From: an uncultured virus (IMG/VR IMGVR_UViG_3300042363_000729)
Lineage: Duplodnaviria; Heunggongvirae; Uroviricota; Caudoviricetes
DNA length: 60,889 nt
IMG/VR virus record: IMGVR_UViG_3300042363_000729
Coordinates: 62,001 to 122,889 of that record
Strand: one strand, 5' to 3'
A program made the translations under genes and the position numbers. The notes beneath the pieces were generated by a model. The model was not told where the DNA came from. It saw only the letters and a program-made list of their open reading frames with translations, and made no database searches. Positions 8,813 to 21,200 of this stretch are shown here, one piece after another (position 1 is the stretch's first letter; the number at the start of each line of letters is the position of its first letter).

Positions 8813-11800
8813 ATGGCAACCACAACAAGACAAACAGCAATATTTGGTGTAGAAGACTGGAAACAGATCTACCAAACCTATCGCGAAGCAGACTTCCAAA
8901 GCTACGACTTTGAAACCCTGCGCAAAAGTTTTGTAGATTATCTGCGTTTGTACTACCCAGAAACTTTCAATGATTATATTGAAAGTTCAGAATTCATTGC
9001 GTTGTTAGACGTCATTGCTTTTATGGGCCAGGCCATGGCCTTCCGCACAGATCTAAACACTCGCGAAAACTACCTGGACACTGCTGAACGTAGAGACTCA
9101 GTGATCAAATTGGCTAATCTTGTAAGCTACACAGCCAAGCGTAACACAGCCGCCCAGGGTCTGCTCAAAGTTCTCAATGTTACCACAACAGAAAACGTGG
9201 TTGATTATCAAGGCGTAAATTTGGCCAACGTCACTGTGGATTGGGCTGACCCCACAAATCCTGACTGGCAAGAACAGTTTACAGCAATTATCAATGCTTC
9301 ACTGTTGGATACTCAGCGCATTGGTCGTCCAGGCAATCGTCAAACCATGCTGGGTGTTAGAACTGACGAGTATGGTATTAACTTGGTGCCTGGCTATTTG
9401 CCCATTGTTCCGTACACGGCCACAGTTGACGGCATTTCAATGCCGTTTGAGGCCATGAGCTCAACCAGTGTTGGTCGAGATTATTTGTATGAGCCCAGTC
9501 CCACTGTTGGCAACCCATTTAATATTTTGTTTCGCAATGATCAGTTGGGGTTCCAAAGCGCCAACACTGGTTATTTCTTTATGTTCAAGCAAGGTGTTTT
9601 GCAAAATCAAGATTTTAACCTAGCTGAAAAAATTTCTAATCGCACAGTAAACGTCAATATTGAAGGCATCAACAACGAAGATCATTGGTTGTTTCAGCTT
9701 GACAACGTGGGCAATGTGTCACGTGAGTGGAAATATACTGAAAACATTTATAGTGCGGCAGCTGAACAAATTGGCACAGACCTAAGTCCCATTTATACAA
9801 TTACCAGTAGAACCAACGATCAAATCACCATGGTGTTTGGCGATGGTGTGTTCTCAGAAATTCCAGTGGGCACATTCCGTGCCTATGTTCGTGCGTCAAA
9901 CGGTTTGCAGTACATTATCAACCCTGAAGAAATGCAAGCTGTGACCATTCCCATCAGCTACATCAGTCGTAGCGGTAACTTGCAAACCATCACCTTCACT
10001 TGCGGCATTACTCGTCCAGTAAGCAACAGTCAAGCACGTGAAAGCGTTGAAGCAATCAAGCAACGTGCTCCTGCTCGCTACTACACACAAAACCGCATGG
10101 TCAACGGTGAAGACTACAACCTCTTCCCATACACACAGTACAATTCAATTGTAAAATCAAAAGCATTGAACCGTTCGTCAATTGGTACCAGTCGTTATCT
10201 GGACTTGATTGACAACACTGGCAAATATTCAAGTATCAACACCTTTGGCAGTGATGGCGGATTGTGGGAACAAAATATTCTTCCTACTATCCTGTTCTCT
10301 TGGACCAGTCGAAATGAAATTGCCGACGTTGTGACCAATCAGGTGCAACCGCAACTGGCTGACTCTACCATGCGCCAGTTTTATTATGGTAACTTTCCAA
10401 GGGTCACAGAAACAAACTTACCTTATGCCACCACCTGGTTAACAGGAACCACCTGGCAACAAAGCACTACTTTGGCCAACGAGACCACCGGCTATTTTGT
10501 CAATGGTTCAGGCGTACCAGTACCTGTAGGCAACACCACAACCACAATGTTGAAATATGCAGCCGTGGGAGCATTGATTAAATTTGTTGCACCCACTGGT
10601 TATTACTTTGATGGCAATAACAAACTGCAACAGGGCACTGCAACTCGAGCTGACGAAACCACAGAAATTTGGGCTAGCCCACTGCAAGTTGTTGGCGATG
10701 GCTACAACAACGGAATTGGCAATCTGAGTTCAGGTGCCGGACCAATCACAATCAACAACTTTGTGCCTACGGGCGCCATTGTTGACACACTGATTCCGTT
10801 GTTTGTAACTGATTTGCCCTTGGACCTTGAACAGGCCATGGCTGAACAAATCTTGTTGTATCGCAACTTTGGTATTGGCTATGACAGTAACGGCAGTTTA
10901 CCAATTACAAATTATACCCCAGGCTCCTGGTACTTGATTACCAGCACTAACCTGGCACAAGATGCTACTTGGAGTCAACAGTACGCTGGTAACACTTCGG
11001 GCGCTAACCTTGACGCCAGCTGGCTGGTACAGTTTACAACAGAAAATCAAAACTATACCATTAGTTTTCGCGGCCTGGCCTATTACTTTGGATCAGTGTT
11101 ACAAACACGATTCTTCTTTTATGGTGACCAACAAGTATATGACAGCCGTACTGGCACAGTGATCAAGGACTTTATCAATGTGTTGGCAGTGAACACACAA
11201 CCTGACAGCACTGCTACCTTGCCTGGAAACATCTATATGACCATCACAGGACAACCGGTAGAAAGCGACGGCTATGTGGATGACTTCCAGGTGCTAGTAG
11301 GCTACCGAGACAGTGACAATGACGGTGTTCCAGACAATCCAGATTTCTTTGACGAAATTGTTGCACCCACAGTTGATGCCAATCAAAAGTTGATATTTTT
11401 GCAAAAGACCATAGACTTTGATAACCTGCAACGTTTTCTACTGGTTGAGCCAGGCGTTGTCAACAGCGACTATCCCACCTATGATGATTTAGAATTGGTA
11501 AAACTAGAGTGGAGCCCAGGACAGGTATTTTATGCCTACGCTGACGAAGATTTTTATCAACTGTCTGTTGGTACCACTGGTGTGCGCACCTTGATTGATG
11601 TCAGCAACGAATGGATTGCCAGAACTGGCCGCCAGGCTCTGTACTATCAGTATCGCCACAACTCACCACTAACCAATAGAATTGATCCAGGCACAACCAA
11701 CATCATTGACTTGTATGTTGTGACCCTGGCCTATTATACAGCATACCAAAACTGGATTCGTGACACAACTGGCACTGTGACTGAGCCTGCACAGCCCACA

Positions 11801-12271
11801 ATTGATGAGCTTTCAACAGCGTATCAAGGACTGAATGATTATAAAATGTTGAGCGATAATATTATTTTAAATTCCGTAACATTTAAACCGTTGTTTGGAG
11901 AAAAGGCTGCAAGTAGTTTACGAGCCACAATCAAAGTTATTCGTGCTTCAAATTCCACTGCCAGCACCAGCGAAATAAAAAGCGCAGTTGTGGCAGCCAT
12001 GAACGATTATTTCTCAATTGACAAATGGAACTTTGGAGACACTTTCTACTTCAGTGAACTTGCGGCTTACTTGCATCGTACACTGGGATCAATTATTAGC
12101 TCAGTGGTACTAGTACCACTGGACACACAAAAATACTTTGGAGACCTTTACGAAATTCGTTCAGAACCCAATGAAATTTTTGCCAACGGTGCCACAATCA
12201 ACAACATTGATGTGATTGAAGCATTGACCAGTACCAACCTGCGTACTGCACCAGGTAGCGGAGTAATTTAA
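8813..12271 (+). CDS. Baseplate wedge subunit, T4 gp6-like
   Basis: Motifs DFETLRKSFVDYL...FNDYIESSEFIALLD...ENYLDTAERRDSVIKLA, FGDGVFSEIP and ESVEAIKQRAP...QNRMVNGEDY. Confidence 0.9.
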   Translation: MATTTRQTAIFGVEDWKQIYQTYREADFQSYDFETLRKSFVDYLRLYYPETFNDYIESSEFIALLDVIAFMGQAMAFRTDLNTRENYLDTAERRDSVIKLANLVSYTAKRNTAAQGLLKVLNVTTTENVVDYQGVNLANVTVDWADPTNPDWQEQFTAIINASLLDTQRIGRPGNRQTMLGVRTDEYGINLVPGYLPIVPYTATVDGISMPFEAMSSTSVGRDYLYEPSPTVGNPFNILFRNDQLGFQSANTGYFFMFKQGVLQNQDFNLAEKISNRTVNVNIEGINNEDHWLFQLDNVGNVSREWKYTENIYSAAAEQIGTDLSPIYTITSRTNDQITMVFGDGVFSEIPVGTFRAYVRASNGLQYIINPEEMQAVTIPISYISRSGNLQTITFTCGITRPVSNSQARESVEAIKQRAPARYYTQNRMVNGEDYNLFPYTQYNSIVKSKALNRSSIGTSRYLDLIDNTGKYSSINTFGSDGGLWEQNILPTILFSWTSRNEIADVVTNQVQPQLADSTMRQFYYGNFPRVTETNLPYATTWLTGTTWQQSTTLANETTGYFVNGSGVPVPVGNTTTTMLKYAAVGALIKFVAPTGYYFDGNNKLQQGTATRADETTEIWASPLQVVGDGYNNGIGNLSSGAGPITINNFVPTGAIVDTLIPLFVTDLPLDLEQAMAEQILLYRNFGIGYDSNGSLPITNYTPGSWYLITSTNLAQDATWSQQYAGNTSGANLDASWLVQFTTENQNYTISFRGLAYYFGSVLQTRFFFYGDQQVYDSRTGTVIKDFINVLAVNTQPDSTATLPGNIYMTITGQPVESDGYVDDFQVLVGYRDSDNDGVPDNPDFFDEIVAPTVDANQKLIFLQKTIDFDNLQRFLLVEPGVVNSDYPTYDDLELVKLEWSPGQVFYAYADEDFYQLSVGTTGVRTLIDVSNEWIARTGRQALYYQYRHNSPLTNRIDPGTTNIIDLYVVTLAYYTAYQNWIRDTTGTVTEPAQPTIDELSTAYQGLNDYKMLSDNIILNSVTFKPLFGEKAASSLRATIKVIRASNSTASTSEIKSAVVAAMNDYFSIDKWNFGDTFYFSELAAYLHRTLGSIISSVVLVPLDTQKYFGDLYEIRSEPNEIFANGATINNIDVIEALTSTNLRTAPGSGVI

Positions 12272-15200
12272 TGGCAACAGTTCGTAGTGTTGATTTTCTT
12301 CCTGAAATTTTTCAGACTGATGCCAACAAGCAATTTTTAAGAGCCACTCTTGATCAGTTGATTCAAGAGCCCAAGTTTAAAAAGACTCAAGGCTTTATTG
12401 GGCGCACAGTGGGCCCAGGTGTAAATCCCAACGACAAATATGTAGTTGAACCCACAGATACTCGAGCCAACTATCAACTTGAGCCTGGCGTTATTAGTTT
12501 GGTTCCAGACACTGACACTATTCAAAATGCAATCACATATCCAGGCTTGAATGATGCTATTGGATTCCAGGGTGGCAACAACGGCAGACCAGATCGCTTG
12601 TACGAAAGTGAATATTACAGCTGGGATCCGTTTGTTGACTTTGACTCATTTGTAAACTTCAGTCAGTATTTTTGGTTGCCCAACGGACCCGAAGTGGTTG
12701 ACGTAGCGGCAACAGGCGTAGCAACATCAGACAATTTTATAGTAGATCGCGAAAATGGTGTGTATACTTTCTCAGGCGTGGCTGGAGAAAATCCTATTAT
12801 TGAATTGGTGCGTGGCGGCAGTTACACATTCCAAGTTGCGCAAAACAACAAAGAAACTGTGAACTATCGTGTGCGCAACCAAGGCATTAGTTCATATGTG
12901 ATTGACTTCCAGAACAACCCAACACTGACTTTGTCTCGTGGTAACACCTATGTGTTTAACCTGACACTAAACGGCGACTTCCCATTCTGGATTAAAACTG
13001 CGCCAGTCACTGGCCTTGGCAGTCCCTACAACAGCGGTGTTAGCCGCAATGGTGCAGTGACTGGACTTGTGACATTTACTGTGCCACAAGACGCACCAGA
13101 TACTTTGTACTACATCAGTCAAACACAAAGCAACATGCAAGGCGAGTTGAATATTGTGGACGGCGTACCGGGTACAGGTCCAGGATTTTGGATTCAAGCC
13201 GCCCCTGGTGTGAGTGGTCTCATACCCACAACACCCAATATCAGCAGTCGCGATGTGTTTGGTGTAACTGGCAACGGTGAAGATTTGGGCACTATTGTTT
13301 TCAACGTGCCCAGTAAAACAGCGCAGAGTTTTTACTACGATCTCAACCCCATTACTTCAATTGACTTGATAACTGGACTAAAGTTTGATGAAATCAACAA
13401 CCAACCAGTTGATCAATTTATTTTACAATACGGCGGCATTGACGGCATCACAAACTTGAATGGCCGCACACTGATATTCACTAATCCTCTTACAGATGAC
13501 ACTGATGGCGGATGGCTACGCACAACGTTGTTTGATCCTTTAGAGCCTGGCGCTGCCAACAATGGCCTAGCAGGCAGTTTTGACTCACTACCATATGACC
13601 AAACTCTGATAATTGAACCTGAACAACGCTATCAGCGTTGGCAAATTTCTTATGTCAACGTTGCTGGTACAAATTATCTTTACTGTTCCAAGATTGCTGA
13701 CATTGCGCCCTTGGACAAGTTCAACATTGGGTACGGCAATACGTACAGTAATACTCAATGGTACAAAGACGCTACTGGCACATTCAAACAAGTTCCATTG
13801 TTGACAGCAGTACAAGATACCTTGTACTATCAAGACGGAACTGATCCTGAAATCTTTGGCACTATCAAGTTGCTTGAGCAAACTGGTGCGTCTACTTTGT
13901 TTGTGGATCAAATTTTGGGACGTAAAACCTACACCAGTCCCAACGGAGTTGAATTTAGCAATGGTCTCAAAGTTAGATTTACAAGCGACGTAAGTCCAGC
14001 CAGTTATGGATCAGGCACTACTTCAATTACCTATACCGAAACTGAATCAGGCACAAATTATATCACGTCTAACAGCAGTAATAATTTGTATGTAGGGGAA
14101 CAAATTGTATTCAATAGCCCAAGCCTTGGAGGCCTGTTGCCTGGTCAAACTTATTATGTGCGAAGCATAGCGGCCAGCGGGTTAAAATTTACAGTCAGCA
14201 CCGTGGACGGCGGCCCAGCAGTTTCTTTATTGACTGGAACTGGCACGGCCTTTGCAACCTCAATCAGCAATGTAGAATATTATGTTAGCGGTGTTGGCAC
14301 CAGCATTGAACTGTTGCCAGTAAGAGATTTTACCACACCAGAAACCTATGTGGTTGACGCATTTGACAGTACCATTGCCACAGAACCTGACCAACTGGAC
14401 TATCTCACAATTAGCCGAGCCAGCAAAGACCTCAACGCATGGACACGTAGCAACCGCTGGTTCCACATTGATGTGATCAATGCCACAGCTGACTACAACA
14501 ACTCTGTGGCTGTGTTGGACAACAACTATCGAGCCAAACGCCCAGTTATTCAATTCCGTCCAGGTATTAGACTCTGGAACATGGGCACCAGCGGCAAAGC
14601 GCCAGTTGATATCATTGACTTTGATGAAACTGATGCCTTTAGTAATATTGAAGGATCAACCAGTTACAGCACAGATGGTTACACTTTTGTAGAAGGCACA
14701 CGAGTAATCTTTGCCGCAGACACAGATGCAGACGTGCGAGACAAAATTTACATTGTGAGTTTTGTAACCCCTGACACTGTTGCTCCACTAATAGCACAAC
14801 CTATTATTGTGTTGACCCTGGCTGCTGATGGTTTGATCAGTCTTGATCAAAGCACTGTCTGCTTGTATGGCAACAGCTTGCAGGGTCTAACCTTTTGGTA
14901 TGATGGCACTGAGTGGACTCAAGCACAGCAAAAAACTGGTGTACAGCAAGCCCCATTGTTCAACGTGTATGACCCCCAAAGCGTAAGTTTTGGCGACGGA
15001 ACCAAGTATCAGTCTACAACTTTTGCAGGCAGCAAACTATTCAGTTATGCTGTGGGCGACAGTTCTATATTGGATCCAGTACTGCAATTCCCCCTGCAAT
15101 ACTTGAACATCAACAACGTTGGTGACATTGTGTTTGTCAACAACTTGTACAATGACACATTCTTGTATGTGGTTGACAACGTTTCTGTAACCAGTGACAT

Positions 15201-18200
15201 CAGCTCAGGCTCAGTGCGAGAATATACCACACGAGAAACTTATCAAAAGTTGTTGGGTTGGCAAACTGCCATCTCAGACAGCAAAGTTTACCAACAGTTT
15301 AAATTTAGTTACAGTGGCACCACACTAAAACTTGACGTGTCTGTGTTGAATCAAGTAACTTCCGCTGTGCCTGTGATCAAAGTCTATTTTGGTAGTGAGT
15401 TCCAAGATCCAGGAACATACACTTATATTACCACTAGTAACAGTACCACAATCACTTTGAATGGTACCTATGTGCTTGGCGACATCATTGAAGTGTTGGC
15501 TCTAAGCAATCAAACCAGTCAAGCGGCGTTTTATCAGGTGCCCAATAATCTTGAATCAAATCCGCTTAATGCCAACAGCCCCAATTTTACCTTGGGTACT
15601 ATTCGCCAACACTATCAGAGCATTTGCGAAAACTTGCTGACCTTGAGAGGTCCGGTAAACGGCGCCAACAACACTAGGGACCTTGGTGATATCATACCTT
15701 ATGGTCTTACAATTTTACAACAAAGCTCACCACTGACTCTGGCAGGTTATTTCATGCGCAGTCAAGACTACAATATATTTGCGGCGTTGCAATACAACAG
15801 CCAAGAGTATTTGAAGTTCAAAGCACAGATGTTAGACTCAGTAATCAGTCAAAACATTGGGTTCAATTCAACCGCACAGATTCTTGACACTGCAATTCAA
15901 AATATCACGTTGGGCAAGCTGGATAGTCAGCCATTCTATTGGGGTGACATGATCCCACAAGGGGTCACAACCTACAGCAACAGCTACACTGTGAGTTTTA
16001 TTACTCGTCCCACATTTGACACTGTTCAAGTGTATAACTTTGAATCAGCAAATTATCTTGGCCTTTGTGTATACATCAACGATGTAATTCTGGTACGTGG
16101 AGTAGACTATGATGTTGCCACAGATGGCCCACGTCTTACTATCACCCGCACATTGAATTTGGGTGACATTGTGTTGATCAACGAGTATTCAGAAACTTAT
16201 GGTGCATTTGTTCCCAACACACCTACCAAAATGGGATTGTACCCAGCCTACATTCCTGTTATCACTGATCAAGTAACCAGTACTGGAACCGAAACTGTTA
16301 TTATCGGGCACGATGGCAGTGTTACCAAAGCGTTTGGCGACCTGCGTGACGAAGTGCTGTTGGAGTTTGAAAAACGAGTTTACAGCAATCTCAAGTTGGA
16401 TGGAAATCCTGTACCAATAACAATTGAAGAAGTATTGCCCGGTGAGTTCCGCGAAACTGGATTTACATTTGAAGAAATCAATACTATTTTTGCTCAAGAC
16501 CTATTGAGCTACTGTGGCTGGAACAAACTGGATTACAAAACACAAAACTTCTCGGCCAATAACGAGTTCACGTGGAATTACAGCACTGCTACCAACAAGC
16601 TCAATAATGAAAATTTATTGGGTGCCTGGCGCGGTATCTATCGCTATTTCTATGACACACAACAGCCAAGTCTGAGTCCTTGGGAAATGTTGGGATTGGC
16701 AGAGAAACCACTGTGGTGGGAAGGTCGCTATGGCACAGCGCCATACACATCAGACAACTTGGTTTTATGGGATGACCTAGAAGCCGGCTATGTTGCTGAT
16801 CCTGTGGCCCCATTCTATCGTCCTGAGTATGCTCGTCCAGGCTTGACCAAGGTAATTCCAGTTGATGATCAAGGCAACTTGGTCAGCCCATTTGTCAGTG
16901 TGGTCAGCAACTATCAAGAAAATCAATTCCAGAAGTCGTGGGCCATTGGTGATGGCGGCCCAGTTGAAGCGTCATGGTGGAACAGCAGTGCATATCCTTT
17001 CTCAGTAATGCATGTGCTTGCAGTCACACGCCCAGCCAAGTTCTTTGCACTGTTTGCTGACCGCGATCGATACAAGTATAACGAAGATTATCAACAATAT
17101 CTGTACGACAATCGTTACCGCCTGGATGCCAATGGAGTTCAAGTGTATGGCAATGGTGTCAGCAAAGCCAGTTTCATGGACTGGATTGTGGACTTTAACC
17201 GTCAGACTGGTATTAATTCTACTGATGCATTACAAGCAGACCTCAAGAGTCTTGACGTAAGACTGTGCTATCGCATGGCCAGCTTTAGTGACAAACAGTA
17301 TATTAAACTTTACACTGAAAAGTCCAGTCCCAACTCTACCAATACTGCGTTGCAGATTCCTGATGAGAGTTACAATGTATTGCTGTATAAGAATCAGCCG
17401 TTTGATCGAGTAATTTACAGCTCAGTTGCAGTGCAAAAAGTTGCAGGCGGATATGCAGTATTTGGTTATGGTAACAGCCAGCCTTACTTCAACATCCTGG
17501 AAAGCAAGGCAGTGGGCAAAATGCAAACAATTACCACGTCAGGCATTACTATCAAAGTGCCAACATTTTACACTGATAACGTTGTACAAGTTCCATACGG
17601 ATTTATCTTTACCAACGCAACCAGTGTAGCAGACTTTTTGTTAAGCTACGGACAATTTTTACAGCGTCAAGGACTGGCATTTACCAACATTGCCAATGGT
17701 TATGTGCTGGACTGGGGCAGAATGGTCAACGAATTCCTGTACTGGACTGCACAAGGCTGGGGCGAAGATGCTATCATTAATTTGAATCCCTTGGCAGCAG
17801 GATTGGATATCACACGACCACAAGCTATTGTGGACAGCGTCAACGCTGAAACTACTGAGAATTTAATACTGGATCAAAACTCACGCGAAATATCCAGCCG
17901 CAATCTCAATGTTGTGCGCCTGGGCAACTACTTTTCTATCCAGCCCCTGAGCACACAAAGTCTCAGCTACATTGATCTGCGCTACACCAACTATGAACAC
18001 ATGATTGTGTTGGACAACCAAAGTGTGTTTGGTGATTTGATTTATGATCCAATCACTGGCGCTAGACAAAGTCGTTTGAATTTGATTGCGGCCACTAGCG
18101 ATGAATGGAACGGCAGTGTTGACGCTCCGGGCTTTATTTTAAATCAAGACAACGTTGAAGAGTGGACTGGCCTGCGCACTTACACCAAAGGCGAAATTGT

Positions 18201-21200
18201 CAAATACAAGAACGTGTACTGGTCAGCATTGACCATTGTACAACCAACAGACAAGTTTGATTTTAATGTTTGGACACAGAGTGACTTTACTCAAACTGAA
18301 ATAGGTCTGTTGCCAAACTTGGCCAACAAAGCAAATCAATTGGCCAACAGCTATGATATCAATCAAGCCAACCTTGAAGGCGACAATGACTTGCTCAGTT
18401 ATGGCTTGACTGGATTTAGACCACGACAGTACATGTCTGCTTTGAATCTTGATGATGTAAGCCAGCTCAATGTGTATAGACAGTTCATTGGGGACAAAGG
18501 TTCTGTATTGTCAGCTGAATTGTTTAAATCAGCTAACCTGGGCAAAGAGTCTGCTGACTACGACATTTTTGAAAACTGGGCAGTTCAACGTGCTGTGTAT
18601 GGCGCCAATGCCAACCGCAGTTTCTTTGAATTGCGTTTGAATCGTGCGCTACTAAATCCAAACCCCAGTCTGATACAAGTGGTGATTCCACAACAACAAA
18701 GTTCAGCTGACCAACAAATTTTACTGAGTGCGGTGTGGAGACAAAGCTACAAACTCACAAGCCCTGATATTCTGCCCACCACCATAGAATTGCCAACCGA
18801 CATTGGTTTGCCCACAGCTGGGTATGTAAATCTTGATGATGCAGATATCACAGTGTTTGACATCAACAATCCAGCCAGTCTCAATGCCAACATTGACAAT
18901 ATTGAAGTTGGTACCAGTATCTGGGTGGCCAAAGTCAACAGCTATGACTGGAACATCTATCGAGCACAGGCAGTGCCAGGAGTAATTCAGCACGTATGTG
19001 ACAACTTGAATGGCACCAGCCGAGTAATTTTTAGTCAAAATCACGGACTTGTTGCGGGTAACAAACTGATTATCAAATTCTTTGACACTGAAATCAACGG
19101 TGTTTATCAAGTGCTGTCAGTGTCTAATCTAACCACAGTAAACATTAGCTTTAGATTCACTGGTAGTCGCACAGTGGCCAACGGATCTGGCCTGGGATAT
19201 ACTTTGCAAACCATGAGGGTATCACAAGCCAGTGACGTTATTAACTTGCCTTACGCAAATAACATTTTGCCAGGTGCTAAAGTCTGGGTTGATGACAACG
19301 GTCAAGGTTTGTGGGAAGTTCTTGAAAAGAACGAAGTATTTTCAGATGTCACAAGCCTAAGTCCAATACTGCTAGACGCAGGCGAACAGTATGGCTCAAG
19401 TGTGGCACAGGCACAGAATAGATTGGCTGCCTTGGTTGGTAGTCCACGTTACGGTTTTGGCAATGTGTCAGATCCCGAGCTTGCTCAAGGTGCATTGTAC
19501 CTATACGTTAAAGCCTACACTGATCAATATCAACCAGTGACTCCGTTGGGAAATACTGACGCTGTATTCAAACTTGATGCTACTGGCATTCGTGGTTATG
19601 GCAATGCTGTGGACTTTGGGAATCAAGCCTGGGCTATTGCTGGAGCCAGCAACAGTACTGACCAACTCAGCATGTCAATCATTGCCGCAAGTGGCGATGG
19701 GTCAACAGTCACAATCACATTCCCTACAATGACCAGTGCACCTTTTAGCATTGGCGATTCAGTAGTGATTACTGGGGTTAATCCAGACAGTTACAACGGC
19801 ACTTGGACACTGACCAACTGCACTTCTAGCCAGTTGCAATTTGCTAGTACCAACACCAACATTTACTTGTCGGGCGGCAAAATCACACAAAACAGCAACT
19901 ACAGCACACAAGTTGGTACTGCCTGTGTTATCTATCGAGATCCTGCACTGGGTCAGCCTGGCGCAGTGCCTTTCGCACAGTGGCAATTGTTGACACCACC
20001 TGCTGTAACCAGTCCATTTGGAGCACCTGGCACTAGAGAATTTGGCTACAGCGTGGCCATGAGTCTTGATGAACGTTGGGCTTATGTAGGATCACCTGCC
20101 ACAAACGAAGTTCATGCTTATGGACGAGTTGATTATGAAAATCAATTTGCTCGAGCACGTGGAGATGGTGTAACTAAAACCTACAACATTGCTGATCGAA
20201 TTCAAATCAATGCTTCAACACAGCTCAAGATCACAATTGATGGAACTATACAAACCCTAGGAACCAACTATACTGTTGCACCATCCCTTGGCTCAGTGAC
20301 ATTTACAATTGCCCCGCCTGCTGACACGCTGATAGATATTCAACGAATTTTCACGCAACAGCTTGACGCACAAAACTATTATGATGTGATTCAAAGCGCA
20401 ACCTCAGGTTCAGGCACTGGCGCCAAGTTTACTATTGTGCGTGTGCGTGGCCAAGTGGGCCAAACTCCTGGCGGCGAAGGCAGCGTGGGTACTACCAGTT
20501 TGGGTTCAGGATATGCAGTAAATGACACTATTGATATTGCGGCATCAACATTTGGTGGCGGCTCAAGTCCAGCAAACGACATTGTGCTTACAGTGTTGAC
20601 TGTGGGCACTGGCGGTGCGTTGGGATTATTCTCAATTGCTTACACAGCCCCCACATTGACCAGCACATTCTCATTAAACGAGTATTTCTTTACAGCAACA
20701 ACAATCAACAGTTTCAGCGTCACAGTTGATGATGCGTTACAAAGACCAAATCTTGACTACACATTCAACACCACAACTGACGATTTACGATTTGAAAATG
20801 TTCCGCCTGCTGGTTCTGTGATTATTGTCAACGCTCAGGGCTACTTTGAATATGTGTCCACGATTGACACTTCTGACGTACCTGGTGGATTGGTAGCAGG
20901 TGATAGATTTGGCGAAAGCATTGCTATAACCACAGACGGGCGACAGATCATGGTTGGTGCTCCTGATAGTGGTATCAATGGTGAAACTGAGTCTGGTGCA
21001 GTGTACATTTTTGATCGAAACGTACAGAAGTTTATCTACAATTCAGATAATTCCACAATTTCTGGTTATGAATTTACCTTGCTTGGTACCCCAGTTGGTC
21101 CTATCAGTGTGATAGTAAACAATGTGTTCTTGCAAAATGAATACACAACACTTCCAAGTGCTCCTAACACGTTTGAGTGGAACGGTGCAAACACAGTAAC

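Noticed and set aside
2..12271. Bacterial T6SS/eCIS or tailocin locus
   Set aside because: T4-like gp53/gp5/gp25/gp6 order, T4 late motifs, thyX and dense small hypothetical genes indicate a lytic phage genome.
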